Part shown: one piece after another, positions 12,790 to 26,700 of the stretch | Layout of the letters: the number at the start of each line of letters is the position of its first letter | How positions within the stretch are numbered: position 1 is the stretch's first letter | NCBI GenBank assembly: GCA_951406725.2 | Contig: OX597825.1 | Span: 44,578,001 to 44,642,000, forward strand | Source: Octopus vulgaris | Lineage: Eukaryota | DNA: 64,000 nt | Direction: 5' to 3' | Notes under the pieces: model-generated | Told to the model about the DNA's origin: nothing | The model's database searches: none | Seen by the model: the letters and a program-made list of their open reading frames with translations, nothing else | Position numbers and translations under genes: made by a program

Positions 12790-13330
12790 ATAACTTACAA
12801 AACACTTGCAGACTTTCGATATCTTTAAACTTATATGGACAAAGATGTTCCTTTGGCGTGTGCTCTTAAAATTATCATCCTTGAAAAGTTTTGTAGGCGA
12901 AATAAGATATATAAAAAGATTTTCGCGTAGTTTTCGAAGGGATACATTCAAGCGCATTATAGAGGTTTTGTTTTTTAGGGTCTTTGGTGGGTGGCTAATA
13001 TAGTTTATATATAGTCGAAAGTTTCTCGAAATGCAAAGAGCTGAAATGATTTCTATAGAAGGTGATATCGATTTAAGTGAAATTATCAAATTCAAATGCC
13101 AATTCTTTGTTATCTGTACAGGATTTTCTCGTTAGACATTCTATACTTTGAAGTGTACCTGCAAGAATTCAAAAGTTCTAATTTCTGGTTCAAAGCAAAT
13201 TTCTCTTGAAAGAAAATGAACAATTTCTCAGTTAGGCATAAGTTGCACATCATTGGAAGTCTATACGGTCCATGTCTATATGGTGCTGCTCTTCTAGAAT
13301 ATTACTTTTGATTTATAATAAATTTATTTT
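12790..13330 (-). mobile_element. Penelope-like element 3' fragment (end of GIY-YIG domain + 3' UTR)
   Basis: Minus strand CNLCLTEKLFIFFQEKFALNQKLELLNSCRYTSKY, homologous to DLCLSEEFFILFQEKRVLNERSELLNCCRHASKY (30180-30285). Confidence 0.65.
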
Positions 13331-13634
13331 CAATTTAATTTTAATGGCCTAATAATTTATACCCCTAAAATTGCATACTGCTTTCCTTCTTTTAACAATG
13401 TTTACATTTGTATTCAACACGTCAGACACATAGTTGTGTGAATGTATATGTATATATATATATACATATACACACACATATACATATACATATACACACA
13501 CATACTTTTATATATATACATACACACACGTACATATATGTATATGTATGTCTATGTATATGTATGCGCATACGGGCATATGATTTATACACGGTTACTC
13601 TATTACATCTCATCACTTTCTTCTTTTCCCTCTG

Positions 13635-13713
<79 letters not shown>

Positions 13714-14214
13714 GTGTGATTCATGGCTGGTTACTGACCCAAAGACGCACAATATCGTTAGTTAAAGAAGGAGGAAAGGATTTTTCCTTCTCTCTTCCTT
13801 TCTTCACTCTTTCGTCCTCCTTCTTTAACTAACGATATTGTGCGTGTTTATGTATATATATATATATTTATAGATGTGTATATTTATCAGTGGGTTTTTA
13901 TTAGACGCGTATAATGTTTATACGTGTGTGTAAACACAAACTTATTCATGGAACTATTTGTGCATATATGTATATATTCGTACGTAAATGAAAATATGTT
14001 TGATTATGTGTTTAAGTATATATGAATCTACATAGATACGTGCATGTGTATGTATGTGTATATGTATGTGTATGTATGTCTGTCTATGTATTTATGTATG
14101 TATGTACGTATGTATATATATATATATATATAGAAATTCGGGGTGAGTACTTGATAATTATAAGCACCTGTGTATACCGTTTGGTGGTGTAGGTGGTGGA
14201 GTAAATTGATCAAA

Positions 14215-14677
14215 ATAAAATAAAAACATGATGCGAAGGATTCAGCGGTACATATGTTTCGGGCCTTTATTAGACAGATTTATAACAAAGCATAATGTAT
14301 GTCTGTGGCCTTCTTCAGCCGCGCACAACAGCTTCCACAAGGACATGTGTTACATCAAAAATTCTTGGTTGGGGATGCAAATCCTCTCGTTCACGTACGA
14401 CATAATGCGGCAGCAGCATAGAATTGAAGCGTCCATCTCTTTCTTCTCTCAATGAAGAAAGAGATGGACGCTTCAATTCTATGCTGCTGCCGCATTATGT
14501 CGTACGTGAACGAGAGGATTTGCATCCCCAACCAAGAATTTTTGATGTAACACATGTCCTTGTGGAAGCTGTTGTGCGCGGCTGAAGAAGGCCACAGACA
14601 TACATTATGCTTTGTTATAAATCTGTCTAATAAAGGCCCGAAACATATGTACCGCTGAATCCTTCGCATCATGTTTT

Positions 14678-14685
<8 letters not shown>
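14215..14685. repeat. Perfect palindrome: 232-bp arms with a 7-bp spacer
   Basis: 14215-14446 is the reverse complement of 14454-14685. The same 70-aa ORF is called on both strands. Confidence 0.95.
14578..14655 (+). ncRNA. Minimal type-I hammerhead ribozyme motif (mirror copy at 14245-14322, minus strand)
   Basis: GCGG-CTGAAGA-aGGCC..GGCCc-GAAA-CATATG-TA-CCGC: stem I GCGG/CCGC, palindromic stem III, GUA cleavage triplet. Confidence 0.7.
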
Positions 14686-14736
<51 letters not shown>

Positions 14737-17700
14737 TCTCTCTATATATAAACGGCAGTTTGTCTGTGTGTGTTTCTTGTGTCTGTTTGCTTGTACCCTC
14801 ACTCTGACCACGGCTTTCAACCGATTCTGATGAAACTTGACACACACATAGCCCAATGTCATAATTCAAAACTAACGCAGCGAAAATTTTGAAAAGTTCC
14901 CCCAGTTCTGAAAAAAATTGATACATTCGACATGGGGTCGACAATCAGAAACACAAACCACAGACTGTCTAGGGGACGCAACTCGAGAATCTAAGCTTTT
15001 TATATGCAACGCATTATCTATGGTAGTTTTCGCAACTTGCAATCGATTTTCACAAAACTCATGGGGAAGCTTAATGTTACCCTAAGAAACTCAATTCTGA
15101 CGTTAGTTTTCCATGCAATACCTTACCATCAGAAACAATCGATAAAATCATGCCATTTTGGGAAATCGCGTTCAAATTCAAGATGACATATTTTCGACAA
15201 TATCTTTCACAAATTGGCAGGATTTTTTTTTTATTCACAACGAGCATCATGTCTGCTCCAAGGAGCTATATAGCCCTTTTTATTCCAATAGGATACATTA
15301 TTGGAAAAAATCGGTTAATTAAATCATATATGGCACACATAGCAAACCAATTTGTGTATTAAACACAAACCAGACTGTCTAGGGGACGCAACTCGACCTT
15401 TTTAGCTATCGATAATTCGATCCAACCAATTCCTACCAGGAAGAAATTACATTCGAGACTTTACCCCCAACACTTCTGCTAATAGCTGCTGCAGCCGCAA
15501 GTTATTCGAATACTTTTTTTGTTTACACTTTCTTTATAACTACCACCCCAAACGTTTTACCTTAAATTTTTGACGTACCCTAACAGTCCTCGGACGCTAC
15601 TTGCAAACTCTTGGTTTATTATAAACCGCTTTTGTCATGTGCATCAAAAAACCTTTTCCTTTCGTTTGTTCAGTTTGGTCACTTTTGACTTTTTCGTTGT
15701 TGTCACTCACATTGCTGCCTGCTTTTTTGCCGTTTTTGTACATTTTTTTACATTTTGGGATACTTACCCCACGAGCTCCTTTTTATTACACCTTTACCAA
15801 ACACATTGCTATCCACCAAACTACTTACCCCACGTGTTCCTTTTTATTACACCTTTGCCAAACACATTGCTATCCACCAAAATGCCACCCAAGAAGAGAA
15901 GGACCCTCCTCAGCCCTCGGACGGCCAAGGCATCGGCTGCTAGGGCTAGAAGGGCACGCGAGACCCACGAGGAAACTGCCTTGCGCCTCTCGCAAACAGC
16001 TTCCCGTTCTGCCGCTGCTCAGGCATCTGAAACTACTAGCGACCGTTCTACCCGACTTGCAAGGGTCGCAGCGTACAGATCTTCCCTCCGGTCGAGGTTG
16101 ACGAAAGAGCAACAGTCCAGCCAAAACATGCGGGCTTCTTCCTGTGCTTCCATCCGCAGAGCTCGCGAGAACCCCGAACAAAGGGCCATTCGGAATGCGG
16201 CTAACGCCACTAGCACCGCCAGGACACGATCTGTCGAAACCTCACAGCAGAGGAGAACTCGCCAAGATGCTGACGCCGCAAACAAAGCCATGGCCCAATC
16301 TGCCGAAACACCTCAACAGAGGAGAGCTCGCCAAGCTGCTAACGCCGCAAACACAGCCATGGCTCGATCTGCCGAAACTCCACACCAACGAACTATTCGG
16401 ACATCCAGAAATGCCATTAACACTGCTTCTGCTAGGGCTTCAGAGGGTGCTGAGGCGAGAGCTGAAAGGCTTTCAAGGGATGCCACTGCTACCGCTGTCG
16501 CACGTGCATCTGAATCTGCTGAGGCACGGTGCGCTCGACTTGAGAGTATCAACAAACGTCGGGATATCATTCGTGGTGTACGTACCCCTGCCCCCGCTTT
16601 CTGGTTGTCACTAGCATTCAACTACGACGCCACAATTAACTTCTCCTTGCGTGACGACATCAAGATAGGGTCAATGACAATTGTATGCCAGTTTTGCTAA
16701 GCCAAGAAATGGCACGGAGAGCCACCTGGTTTGTGCTGCTCTGGTGGCAAAGTGGACCTGCCACCCCTACGGGAACCACCTCAACCACTGAAGGATCTCG
16801 CGGCGGGTTTAACCCCCGAATCATCATAATTCCTTGAAATAATTCGAAGGTACAACTGCTCATTCCAAACGACCTCTTTCGGGGCCAAAATTCCTCTTAG
16901 AGAAGGCTGGATGCCTACTTTCAAAGTGCAGGGACAGGTCTACCATCTTATTGGGTCACTTCTGCCAGACGAGATTCAGCAGTCTTCTTTCCTCCAAATA
17001 TACTTCATTGCCGACTACAACCAGCAGGTTGATGCACGCCTTGGAATAATACCGGGTACAAGCTATGTTCCCCGCAAAGACATTCTTCTCCGTCTCCAAA
17101 CCATGCTTCATGATATCAACAGCTACGTCTGCAGCTTCAGATATGCCTTGGACAGTGCTCCATCTCCAAACTTCACCGTTGTCATTGATGCTGATAAACG
17201 ACCCCACAGGGAGCACGAACGCTGTTTCAACGCACCTGCGTGCAACGAAATTGCTGCAGTCATACACGGAGAGCAACACAACAGCCGTGACATAATCATC
17301 TCCTCCCGTGGTAACAGCCTACACAGGATCAGCGAGACTCACAGATCTTATGACGTGCTTCAGTATCCATTGCTTTTCCCTTATGGGGAAGACGGCTACC
17401 ACTTCGGAATTCCTTTACAGCAGACCTCCAATCAAACTACTGCGGCATCAAAGACGGTTTCCTGCAGGGCGTTCTACTCATATCGGTTCATGGTCAGGGA
17501 GGGTGAGTTCAGCTTATTGCCCCGTTGTCGTCAGCTATTCAACCAGTTCGCCGTCGACATGGCCGCCAAAATGGAATCAGAAAGGCTGCTATACATTAAA
17601 CTTAATCAGACCAAACTTCGCTCCGACTCCTACATTCACCTCCGTGACGGCTTGCAACAAGAAAATGACCCTCGCAACATCGGCAAGCCATGCATTCTAC

Positions 17701-20700
17701 CCTCCACCTTCACGGGAGGACCGCGATATATGCGTGAAAGGACCCAAGACGCCTTGACCTACGTGCGCATTTACGGCCGGCTGGACCTCTTTATCACCTA
17801 CACGTGCAATCCCAGCTGCGACGAAATCACTCGCGAACTCCTCCCGGGTCAATCTCACACCCATCGACACGACATCGTTGCTAGGGTTTTCGGTCTGAAT
17901 TTGGGCAAAATGAAGGATTTGATAGTTAAGGGTCAGATTTTCGGGCATGTCAGGTGCCACATGTTTTCGGTTGAGTGGCAAAAGAGGGGCTTGCCACATG
18001 CTCACATCTTAATTTGGCTAACTCATAAAATCGAGACTAATGATATTGACAAATTCATTTCCGCCGAAATTCCTGACCCCGATGAGGACCCCGAACCCTA
18101 CGAAATTGCCCGCACTACCATGGTACACGGGCCCTGTGGACCAAATTACGCCAACACACCATGCTGCAACAACGGATTAGCCTGCTCAAAGGGATTCCCT
18201 AAACGGTTCACTTTGGAGACTCAAACAGGCGGCGATGGGTATCCTCTGTACAAACGAAGGAGTCCAGCCAATGGAGGCCGCACGATTACGGTTGGGCGAC
18301 ATCAAGTGGACAACAGCTACATTGTCCCCTACTGTCCTCTCCTGTCGAAGATATTCAAAGCCCACGTCAACGTTGAGTTCTTCAGCTCCATCAGGTCAAT
18401 ACAATATGTCTGCAAATATATCAACAAAGGCAGCGATGCTGCCATGTTCAGCATCCAGAGGACCACCAGTTGCGACGAAGTGTCCAACTACTTGGCTGGC
18501 CGGTACCTCAGCAGCAACGAAGCGTTTTGGCGCATTTACGGCTTCCCGCTCCATCAGAGACACCCGGCTGTGGTGCAGCTTGCTGTACACTTGGAAAATG
18601 GACAGCGGATTTACTTCACAGAGCAAAGTGCTGTGCAGATAGCCACCAGCCCTAAAGACACAACGTTGACTGGTTTCTTCAAATTATGCCAACGTGATGA
18701 CTTCGCTCGAACGCTTTTGTACCCACAGGTCCCATCGTACTTCGTGTGGTCTAAAAACACCTGGGTTCGACGGAAATCCGGCAAAAACGTTGAAGGCTTC
18801 CCAGGTGTCAAGTTTGACTCCTGCCTGGGTCGAGTTTACAACATCCCGCCAAACCAGCAAGAATGCTTCTACCTCCGTCTCCTTCTACATGAGGTCACTG
18901 GTCCAACAGGTTTCGGCAATATACGTACCATCAATGGGGTTCTGTGCGACACCTTCAGGGAAGCATGTATGAGACTTGGCCTTCTAGAGGATGACTCCCA
19001 GTGGGACGCCACGATGGCAGAGGGCGCTTTACTGCAAACGCCTTCGGCCCTACGACATCTTTTCGCAATCCTTCTTCAAAAATATCAGCTTAGTGACCCA
19101 CTAAGTCTCTGGATGAAATACAGGGATGACATGTCGCACGACTTCTTACGTACGGCTCAGCAACACTGCCCTTCCGCCGAGATCACGTTCACCAACTTCA
19201 TTTACAATTTTGCGCTCATTCAACTCGAAGACGCTGTCATCGATATGGGTGGGTCTGCTTTAACAGAGTACGGCCTTCCACCACCCACACGTGAACACGC
19301 CAATTTTATGTCTGCTGAATTGTTACGCGAAAATTCCTACTGCATTGAGGAACTGCACTAGTACGTCCAAGATAATGAACCACGGCTGCTTCCAGACCAG
19401 TGCATAGCCTACAACACCATCGTAGACTCTGTCAGACAGCAACGTGGGGGATCTTCTTCCTTGATGCACCCGGCGGCACTGGCAAAACCTTCGTCACTAA
19501 ACTAATTCTGGCGGAGGTCAGACGCAACACGGACATTGCCCTGGCTGTAGCTTCCTCTGGTATCGCGGCCACGTTGCTTCCGGGTGGCAGAACCACCCAC
19601 TCTGCCTTCAGACTCCCGCTTGATCTGGCAAAGTCCGAGTCACCTATCTGCAACATCGCCAAGAACTCAGAACAGGCCGACATTCTGTGCAGATGCAAAC
19701 TCATCGTATGGGATGAGTGCACTATGGCACACAAAGGCGCCCTTGAGGCACTGGACAGGTCCCTGCAAGACATCAGAGACTCTACGGCCCCCATGGGAGG
19801 ATTAACTTTACTTCTTTCAGGAGACTTCAGGCAGACTCTACCTGTTATTCCAAAAGGAACCCGTGCCGATGCCGTGCGCGCGTGCATTAAGTCGTCAGCT
19901 CTTTAGGTACATGTGCGGCCCTTGCACCTCCAAACTAACATGCGCGCGCAGTTGATTGGTGACAGCGGATCCGCTGCATTCTCCAGGGACCTCTTATCGC
20001 TCGGTGAAAATAGGATGCTGGCTGATGCGGATGGCTGCGTTCAATTGGACTCACTTTGCACCATTGTCGACACCCCTGCTAGCCTCCGGGACGCTGTCTT
20101 CCACGACCTACAAAACAATTTACGCGACCTAAAATGGCTGGCAGGCAGAGCTATTCTCGCACCCAAAAATACAACCGTCAACTCCATCAATATCCAGCTA
20201 CTTGAAGCTATTCCTGGTGATGTCCACGTCTACAAATCTATAGATAGGACAGCAGACCCCGCCCAGCTTGCTGATTATCCTGTTGAATTCCTGAATTCAC
20301 TTGAGCCGCCAGGCCTGCCGCCACACATCCTGAAGTTAAAAGTCGGTGCGCCCATTATGCTCATCAGGAATTTGGTTCCACCTAAACAGTGCAACGGCAC
20401 ACGTTTGGTTGTGAAACATTTGGCACCACATTTAATAACGGCCACAATACTTACCGGTTGTGGGAAGGGAGAGGACGTCTTCATTCCACGGATGCACCTT
20501 CAACCGTCGGGCGCTGACCTACCAATCCACTTCAGGCGTTCTCAGTTTCCTGTTAAACTCTGCTTCGCAATGTCCATCAATAAATCCCAAGGCCAAACGC
20601 TACAAGTCGCTGGGTTACATTTGGGCGATCAGTGCTTCGCCCACGGTCAACTCTACGTGGGTGTTCACGCGTTGGGAGGCGCAATGATGTTTTCATGTTT

Positions 20701-20873
20701 TCGCCCAAACGGACAGCTAGGAACATCGTATATACAGAAGTATTCGAGTGAAGACAAGACATTGCAACGTCCACATGCACCTTCGTTCCTTGGAGGGAAA
20801 GGACTACATTGGGATTAGTCGTTGCCTACTAGGGGCTCTTACATACCCAGGCAACGCCGGGCTATGCTGCTAG
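14737..20873 (+). mobile_element. Near full-length autonomous-type Helitron (~6.1 kb)
   Basis: 5' end A|TCTCTCTATATATAAA. 3' hairpin CCCAGGCAACGCCGGG (20846-20861) followed by CTAG|T (20870-20873). Encodes RepHel. Confidence 0.92.
15882..20760 (+). pseudogene. Helitron Rep/PIF1-helicase with N-terminal 23-aa STPR-like repeats, disrupted
   Basis: Rep motifs DLFITYTCNP, VEWQKRGLPHAHILIW, YVCKYINKG. PIF1 motifs DAPGGTGKT, WDECTM, GDFRQTLP, AMSINKSQGQT. Stops at ~16698, ~16827, ~19359, ~19904; frameshifts at ~19448 and ~20660. Confidence 0.92.
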
Positions 20874-21403
20874 TATATATATAAGTTCTTGTTAGGGGTG
20901 ATGGTAAGAAGAGTAAACACACATATATATATACATACATGTATATGTGAGAGAGCATGTGTATTCATGTATTTGTGCATGCGTATATATACGTATATTC
21001 GTGTATGAACGAGTATGAGTGTACGTGTGAATGTATGTATATATGTCGGTATATGCGAGTGTCTCTGTGTATATATATGGACGTACGGATACATATATGT
21101 ATGTGTGTATATGTATACGTGCGTACTTGCATATATATAGATTTTTATAACTTTATTCATACTTTATAAATGAATATTCCATTTTTTATTAACCATAAAC
21201 TTGTCTTTTTTATATTTAAATGTCCTCTATAATCTCTATAATTTATTCATTTATTGTTCTAATTCTATTTACCTACACTATCTATCTCCAATGAACATGT
21301 AAACCCCTCGCCTCTAACATATAACAATACAAATCATAAACCGTATAATTCAGTCTGCTATAATGAATCCATGAGCACATATAAAACATCCAAGAGTATA
21401 TTC

Positions 21404-21499
21404 TTTCCATCTGAAGATGATATACTCAGATCATATAAATATAAATTTAGTATTTACTTAATATTTACTGAGTATTAATTGAAACAGTTGTAAGTGAAG
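21404..21499 (+). ncRNA. Degenerate hammerhead-like motif in a PLE-derived repeat
   Basis: CTGAAGA..ATACTCAG..CTGAGTAT..GAAA-CAGTTG-TA. Stem I pairs poorly. Confidence 0.35.
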
Positions 21500-22302
21500 A
21501 CGTTTAATTTGCTGTAAATAGTAAACAATTATTAACTTTCCAATCTTCATTTTCATTTTCTTCTGATATATATATATGTGTGTTGTGCGTGTGTGTACGT
21601 GTGTGTTTGCGTGTGTGTGTTTGCGTGTGTGTGTATGTGTGTGTACACTTATGTGTAGGTATAAGTATATTTATATGCATATGCATGTGTTTATGTACTA
21701 ATATGCGTCTGTATTTATGTGAATATATGCACATATACGTGTACATTTCTATGTATGTGCGTGTATGCTTGCATATATAAAAAAGACATCCGTTAATGTA
21801 TTCTTAAAATCTAGCAACTTTCTCAATCCATTGGTTTAGAATTTATAAAACAAACTTACGTTTCGATTCATTAATTATTCATTTATTTACCATTAATTAA
21901 TCTGGGCATGCATGATTTCTTTTTTACTCAAAATTTCTTTTTGATTCAACTCAAGGTTTTCTTCGATTTTATACAACACTATATCTATGTATTTTAATTT
22001 TCAATTTTATATTTACTGTCTCAACTTGCATACTTCTGAAAGACCGTTAGTGAAATCAACCAATCAAATTCAAATGTGTCAATTTTAATCATAACAAAAT
22101 ATATATTATATGTACAGTCGAAATTTTTATTCCATTCTCGATCACAATTGCTAGACCAACAGGAATGTGAAACTCTGAGTAGCAGATTATCGTGATAGTT
22201 TTGTGATATTTTTGCAGCTTTAATAAGAAAGCATATTACTCTACCTCCGGTATGCAGGTATTATTTTTCCTCTCTTGGTTCACATTTATGCGCTTACTCG
22301 GG

Positions 22303-22339
<37 letters not shown>

Positions 22340-22559
22340 ATAATTCGTTCTTTCCACACTTCTTTCTTTCGTTCCCCTCTCTCACATTTCCTGGCTCTCT
22401 CTTCATCTTCACCTTCCCTCCTCTTTCACTTCACTCTGTCCCTTTTCCCTTTTTCTCGTCCATCCCTAATTTTTCTATCCCTCTTCCTCTACCTCTCTCT
22501 CTCTCTCTCTTCTCTCTCCACGTGACCGGTGTTTGGCCAAGCCTGACCTTCCTTTCTTG

Positions 22560-22920
22560 GTTCGAGTACCATCCGTGCAACACCTATATTCCTCCCTATA
22601 CCTGTCATCTCTTAAATCGCTGCCGTAAGGCTTCACTTCCAGATACAACAGCTTGATTTAATTCGTCCTTAGTCGAAAGACACCTGTTGTTATGTCCTTT
22701 ATTTGCATTTGTATTTGTGTACAATTTCTTCGTTTTTCCGTCCTTGCTTTCGTATACTTTGCTGCTTTCTTCCAAGGAATCTAGTGCTCTTAGCTTAGTT
22801 TTTCTTTGGAGCTGGCCAGATTGGAGCAATGTCGAGTATAACCAGCTGAAATTACAAAGATAACCTGGAACTCAACTGAAGTTGTTTTCTGTATCGTGCA
22901 TCTGGATGATTTATATCCGT
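22560..22920. repeat. Interspersed repeat fragment, reverse-complement homolog of 27800-28225
   Basis: Shared blocks, e.g. AATTCGTCC..GAAAGACACCTGTTGTTAT versus its reverse complement at ~28105-28145. Confidence 0.7.
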
Positions 22921-23325
22921 GGAAATAGTGTTTCAATACCTATTGTTGAACATTGAAATTCTCTTAAGACAATAGTTATATATTAAGTATATAGTTTATA
23001 TCCGGTTAAATGGAAAAAAGGAAATGGGAGAGTAGGAAGTTAATTATTTATCATTAATAAATTGGTCATCCTTACTACTTACAGTTGTTTCAAAAAATTC
23101 TGAATAATTTTATTACAAATTTGTACATTAAATTTGTATTCATGTGACATTAGCATAATTTCATCAGAGAAAAAGATGTATCTTGAGATGTTATATGCGG
23201 ATCTGTCTGATAGGTCCGCATATTGAGCATTAATTGAAACAGCTGTAAGAAGTAAGAATGACCAATTTGTTAATAATAAAAAATTGCTAACTTCCTATTC
23301 TCCATTTTCTTTTCTTCATTTAACT

Positions 23326-23399
<74 letters not shown>

Positions 23400-23461
23400 A
23401 TATATAAGAAATTAAAAAAGGAAAATACGCACACTTACATAGTTTTAATATACTTTTTAAT

Positions 23462-23496
23462 ATATCGACCGGTTTCGCTATCGCTATTCATAATAT
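23462..23496 (-). ncRNA. Minimal hammerhead motif, A3-U8 core variant, in the inverted pLTR-like segment upstream of the Penelope element
   Basis: Reverse complement ATATT-ATGAATA-GC gata GC-GAAA-CCGG-TC-GATAT. Confidence 0.6.
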
Positions 23497-23799
23497 TATG
23501 TTTTACCTATTTGAATATATATTTTTTACTTAAGAAGAAATTTGGTCCATGTTGTGTGTGATGAAATTCACGAGTGAATGTCTTCACAAGTAGATAAATA
23601 AAGGGAGGTAATTGGCTGTCACTATTGTTATTGTTGTGGGTAAGGGAGATAACTGTTCAGCTTTCGGTAATGGGTGGAGATTATATATGTGCACAGACAG
23701 AGACAAGTTTCAAAAACCTTGTTTAGTAGGGGATTTATGTACAGTGATGCAATCGTGAATTGAAATATGTAAAAAGATTAAAGTTGGTTATGCTCAACT

Positions 23800-26700
23800 T
23801 ATTACCTTAAATAACAAAATCGAGGACTCAAATCTACTCGCCCGGGAAAGGAAAAACAGCGAAGAGACAACTCACTACACTGACCAGGTTAGTAATGATT
23901 TACAACTTTTATGCACAACCCTCAACTCAATATTCATTAACAAACCACACAATGAACAACAACCACTTATCCACGACAACTTCAACGATTTCATTTTAAA
24001 ACAAGAACAAATTAGTAAAGATTTGAACAATCTATACACTACACTAAAGTCGGCATTCACAAACAAGCCGAACAACGACCAGCGCACAGCAAATGAAACA
24101 CACCAGGACATCATACGTACACAAATCAATCTAACAAAAAGAAAAATAGAAAACATTTGGAATACAAACCTCCACAATAGGAAACTCGCTTTCTTGAACA
24201 TGATAAAACATTCCAACAAAGCAGATATATACGAGGGATGGATGAACTCAACACCAATTATCCTCACACGCAAATTCCAGATCAAAACAATACCCAACGA
24301 ACCTGACGGACAGAGAACTATTAGGGAAAGGTCAGCTCTATTCAATCTAAAATCAGAAATAGAATTACTAAGACTTAGGGCCTCCACTAATGAAGAAAAA
24401 TATAAAAGCATCGACGAGGAGATGCATAGTGAAATAAAGAAACAAACCGAGGGACAACCCCTCGAAAATACCATGAATCATTGGAAAGAAATCTGTGAAA
24501 AGGAAGGAAGAAATTCTCTCCTACGCTGGGAAAAAAGTAACGATTTCTTCCAAAGATATGCATCAATTTTTAAAAATGAATTAGGTACAGATAATCCTTT
24601 TCTAATGAAAATAACAAGAAATAACAAACAAAAACTGAACAAAGCACAAACCACCCCCAATTTCGACCACTTAATCAACAACATTATCCTCCATACACTA
24701 GAAATAGAAATCATCTACAACCAGCATTTTTGAACCACGCAAGACTTAACAGGGAACAAGCTAAGAGACAACGCATTTATGAAACAGATTACACCAAGAA
24801 CAGAACACGCCAGCAACATCTCAATACCAGGCCTGACCACCCCATAACAGCACAAAATAACACTAGAATAAGAAACACACCACACACAAGTCACTGCTAC
24901 CCCATGACCCAGAATTACTGGTCCCCATCGAACACAAGACAAACACAAAATAACACTAAGTCAAGCAACATCCCACATACAAGTAATTCGAAACAAAAAT
25001 ATATCACATACAGAAATTTTACACACATCACTAACGAAAACACCCATAGATACCCACACACAGATAACAATCTGAGGCAACAATACCACCGTTCCTCCGA
25101 ACCAATCTCACACAAACTCACAGACAACTCATACAAACAAAATTGCACCCAACATTTTGTAGCCCGAGACCAGAGACACCAGGACACAGGCTGGAACCTA
25201 GTAATAAGGAAAAACCGAAGATAATCAACCTTTCAACCAAACCTCTCTCTAACATAAAAATTGACATCTTCTCAAAAGGCCTCAAATTCACGCCAACTCC
25301 ACGCAGAGCCAACCAAAATGAAGTCAAGGACAATATAACAGAATTCTGCAGAAAATTAAGACTAGCAGAAGCATCAACCAGTTTCAATACTGAAGATGAC
25401 TCACTAGCCAAAAACAAAAGTGAACACATCCCCCACAGAGGAAGAAATAAAGATCTTGACGAGTTCTGCAGCCACATTGAGAACTTTCCCTACCATACTA
25501 TACATAAACAGAAAGTTAACTCAAATTTTAGCACTGCACAATGGAAAGAACTGATAGAACTTCAAAATGATGAAGATATAACCATTAAGAAAGCAGACAA
25601 AGGAAATGCAGTTGTAATAATGGATACATTATACTATAGAAATCTAGTAATTTCCTTGCTAGATGACAATCAACATTATGAAAATATCACCAACTACACC
25701 CCGCAAAAAATAATGAAAACTCTGTCCTCACTAATTAAAACCCATGGAAAGGAACTGACAACCAAAGAGATTGATTTTCTAACAAACTTTAAATGTAAAC
25801 CTAGCCTCTTCTATGTTCTGCCAAAAATACACAAAAGCCAAATTATAAATGAAACCATTAAAAAAATCACCAAAGACATACATGCACACACCTAACCCGG
25901 GGGACCTAAAACTACGACCCATTGTAGCTGGCCCAGCCTGTGAAACACACAGATTAAGTCTATTTATGGACATCCTCCTGAAACCCTTCCTTAAACACAT
26001 CGATAGTCATATCAGAGATGACTTAGATATGTTAAACCACCTTCCAAAAAAAGTCAAGGAAGAAACAATCATTATTTCATTTGATGTAGTTAATTTACAT
26101 ACCAGTATACCTCATAATTATGGACTAGAGGCAGTACAGTTCTGGCTGGACCAATTTCCGGAAGAAATACCAAAAAGGATCAGTAAAGAATTCATTACTA
26201 AATCGGTTGAATTCATCCTACAAAATAATCACTTCATGTTTGACAATACGTTTTACCGTCAAAAATCCGGAATTGCTATGGATACAAGGGCAGCACCAGC
26301 CATGGCGAACCTAACAATGGGCTACCTGGAAATAATTATATACCAGGAATCTTTATCAACCTTTGGAAACCCCCTTTCTCAATACATAAAAGAGAATTGG
26401 AAAAGATTCCTGGACGACTGTTTTATACTCCTAAACTTCAAAAACCTATTGAACAGCATCAACACAAATATACAGTTCACAATGGAGTACAACCAAAAGG
26501 AGCTTCCATTCTTAGATATACTGATTAAAAAATTAACCTAAAAATAGAAACAGACATAGTCTACAAAACCACAGAGGCCAAACAATACCTACTTTTTGAT
26601 TCATGCCACCCAAGACACACAAAAACAAACATCCCTTTCAACCTTGCAAGAAGGATATGCACAATAGCGTCAGAACAAAATACCAGGAACTTTAGACTAC

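Noticed and set aside
14228-14672. Two identical proteins (MMRRIQRYICFGP...) on opposite strands
   Set aside because: A consequence of the palindrome; no coding evidence.
23180-23252. Hammerhead-like motif with a 12-bp hairpin and GAAACAGCTGTA
   Set aside because: The CUGANGA box is broken (TTGAGATG), so it is at best a decayed remnant.
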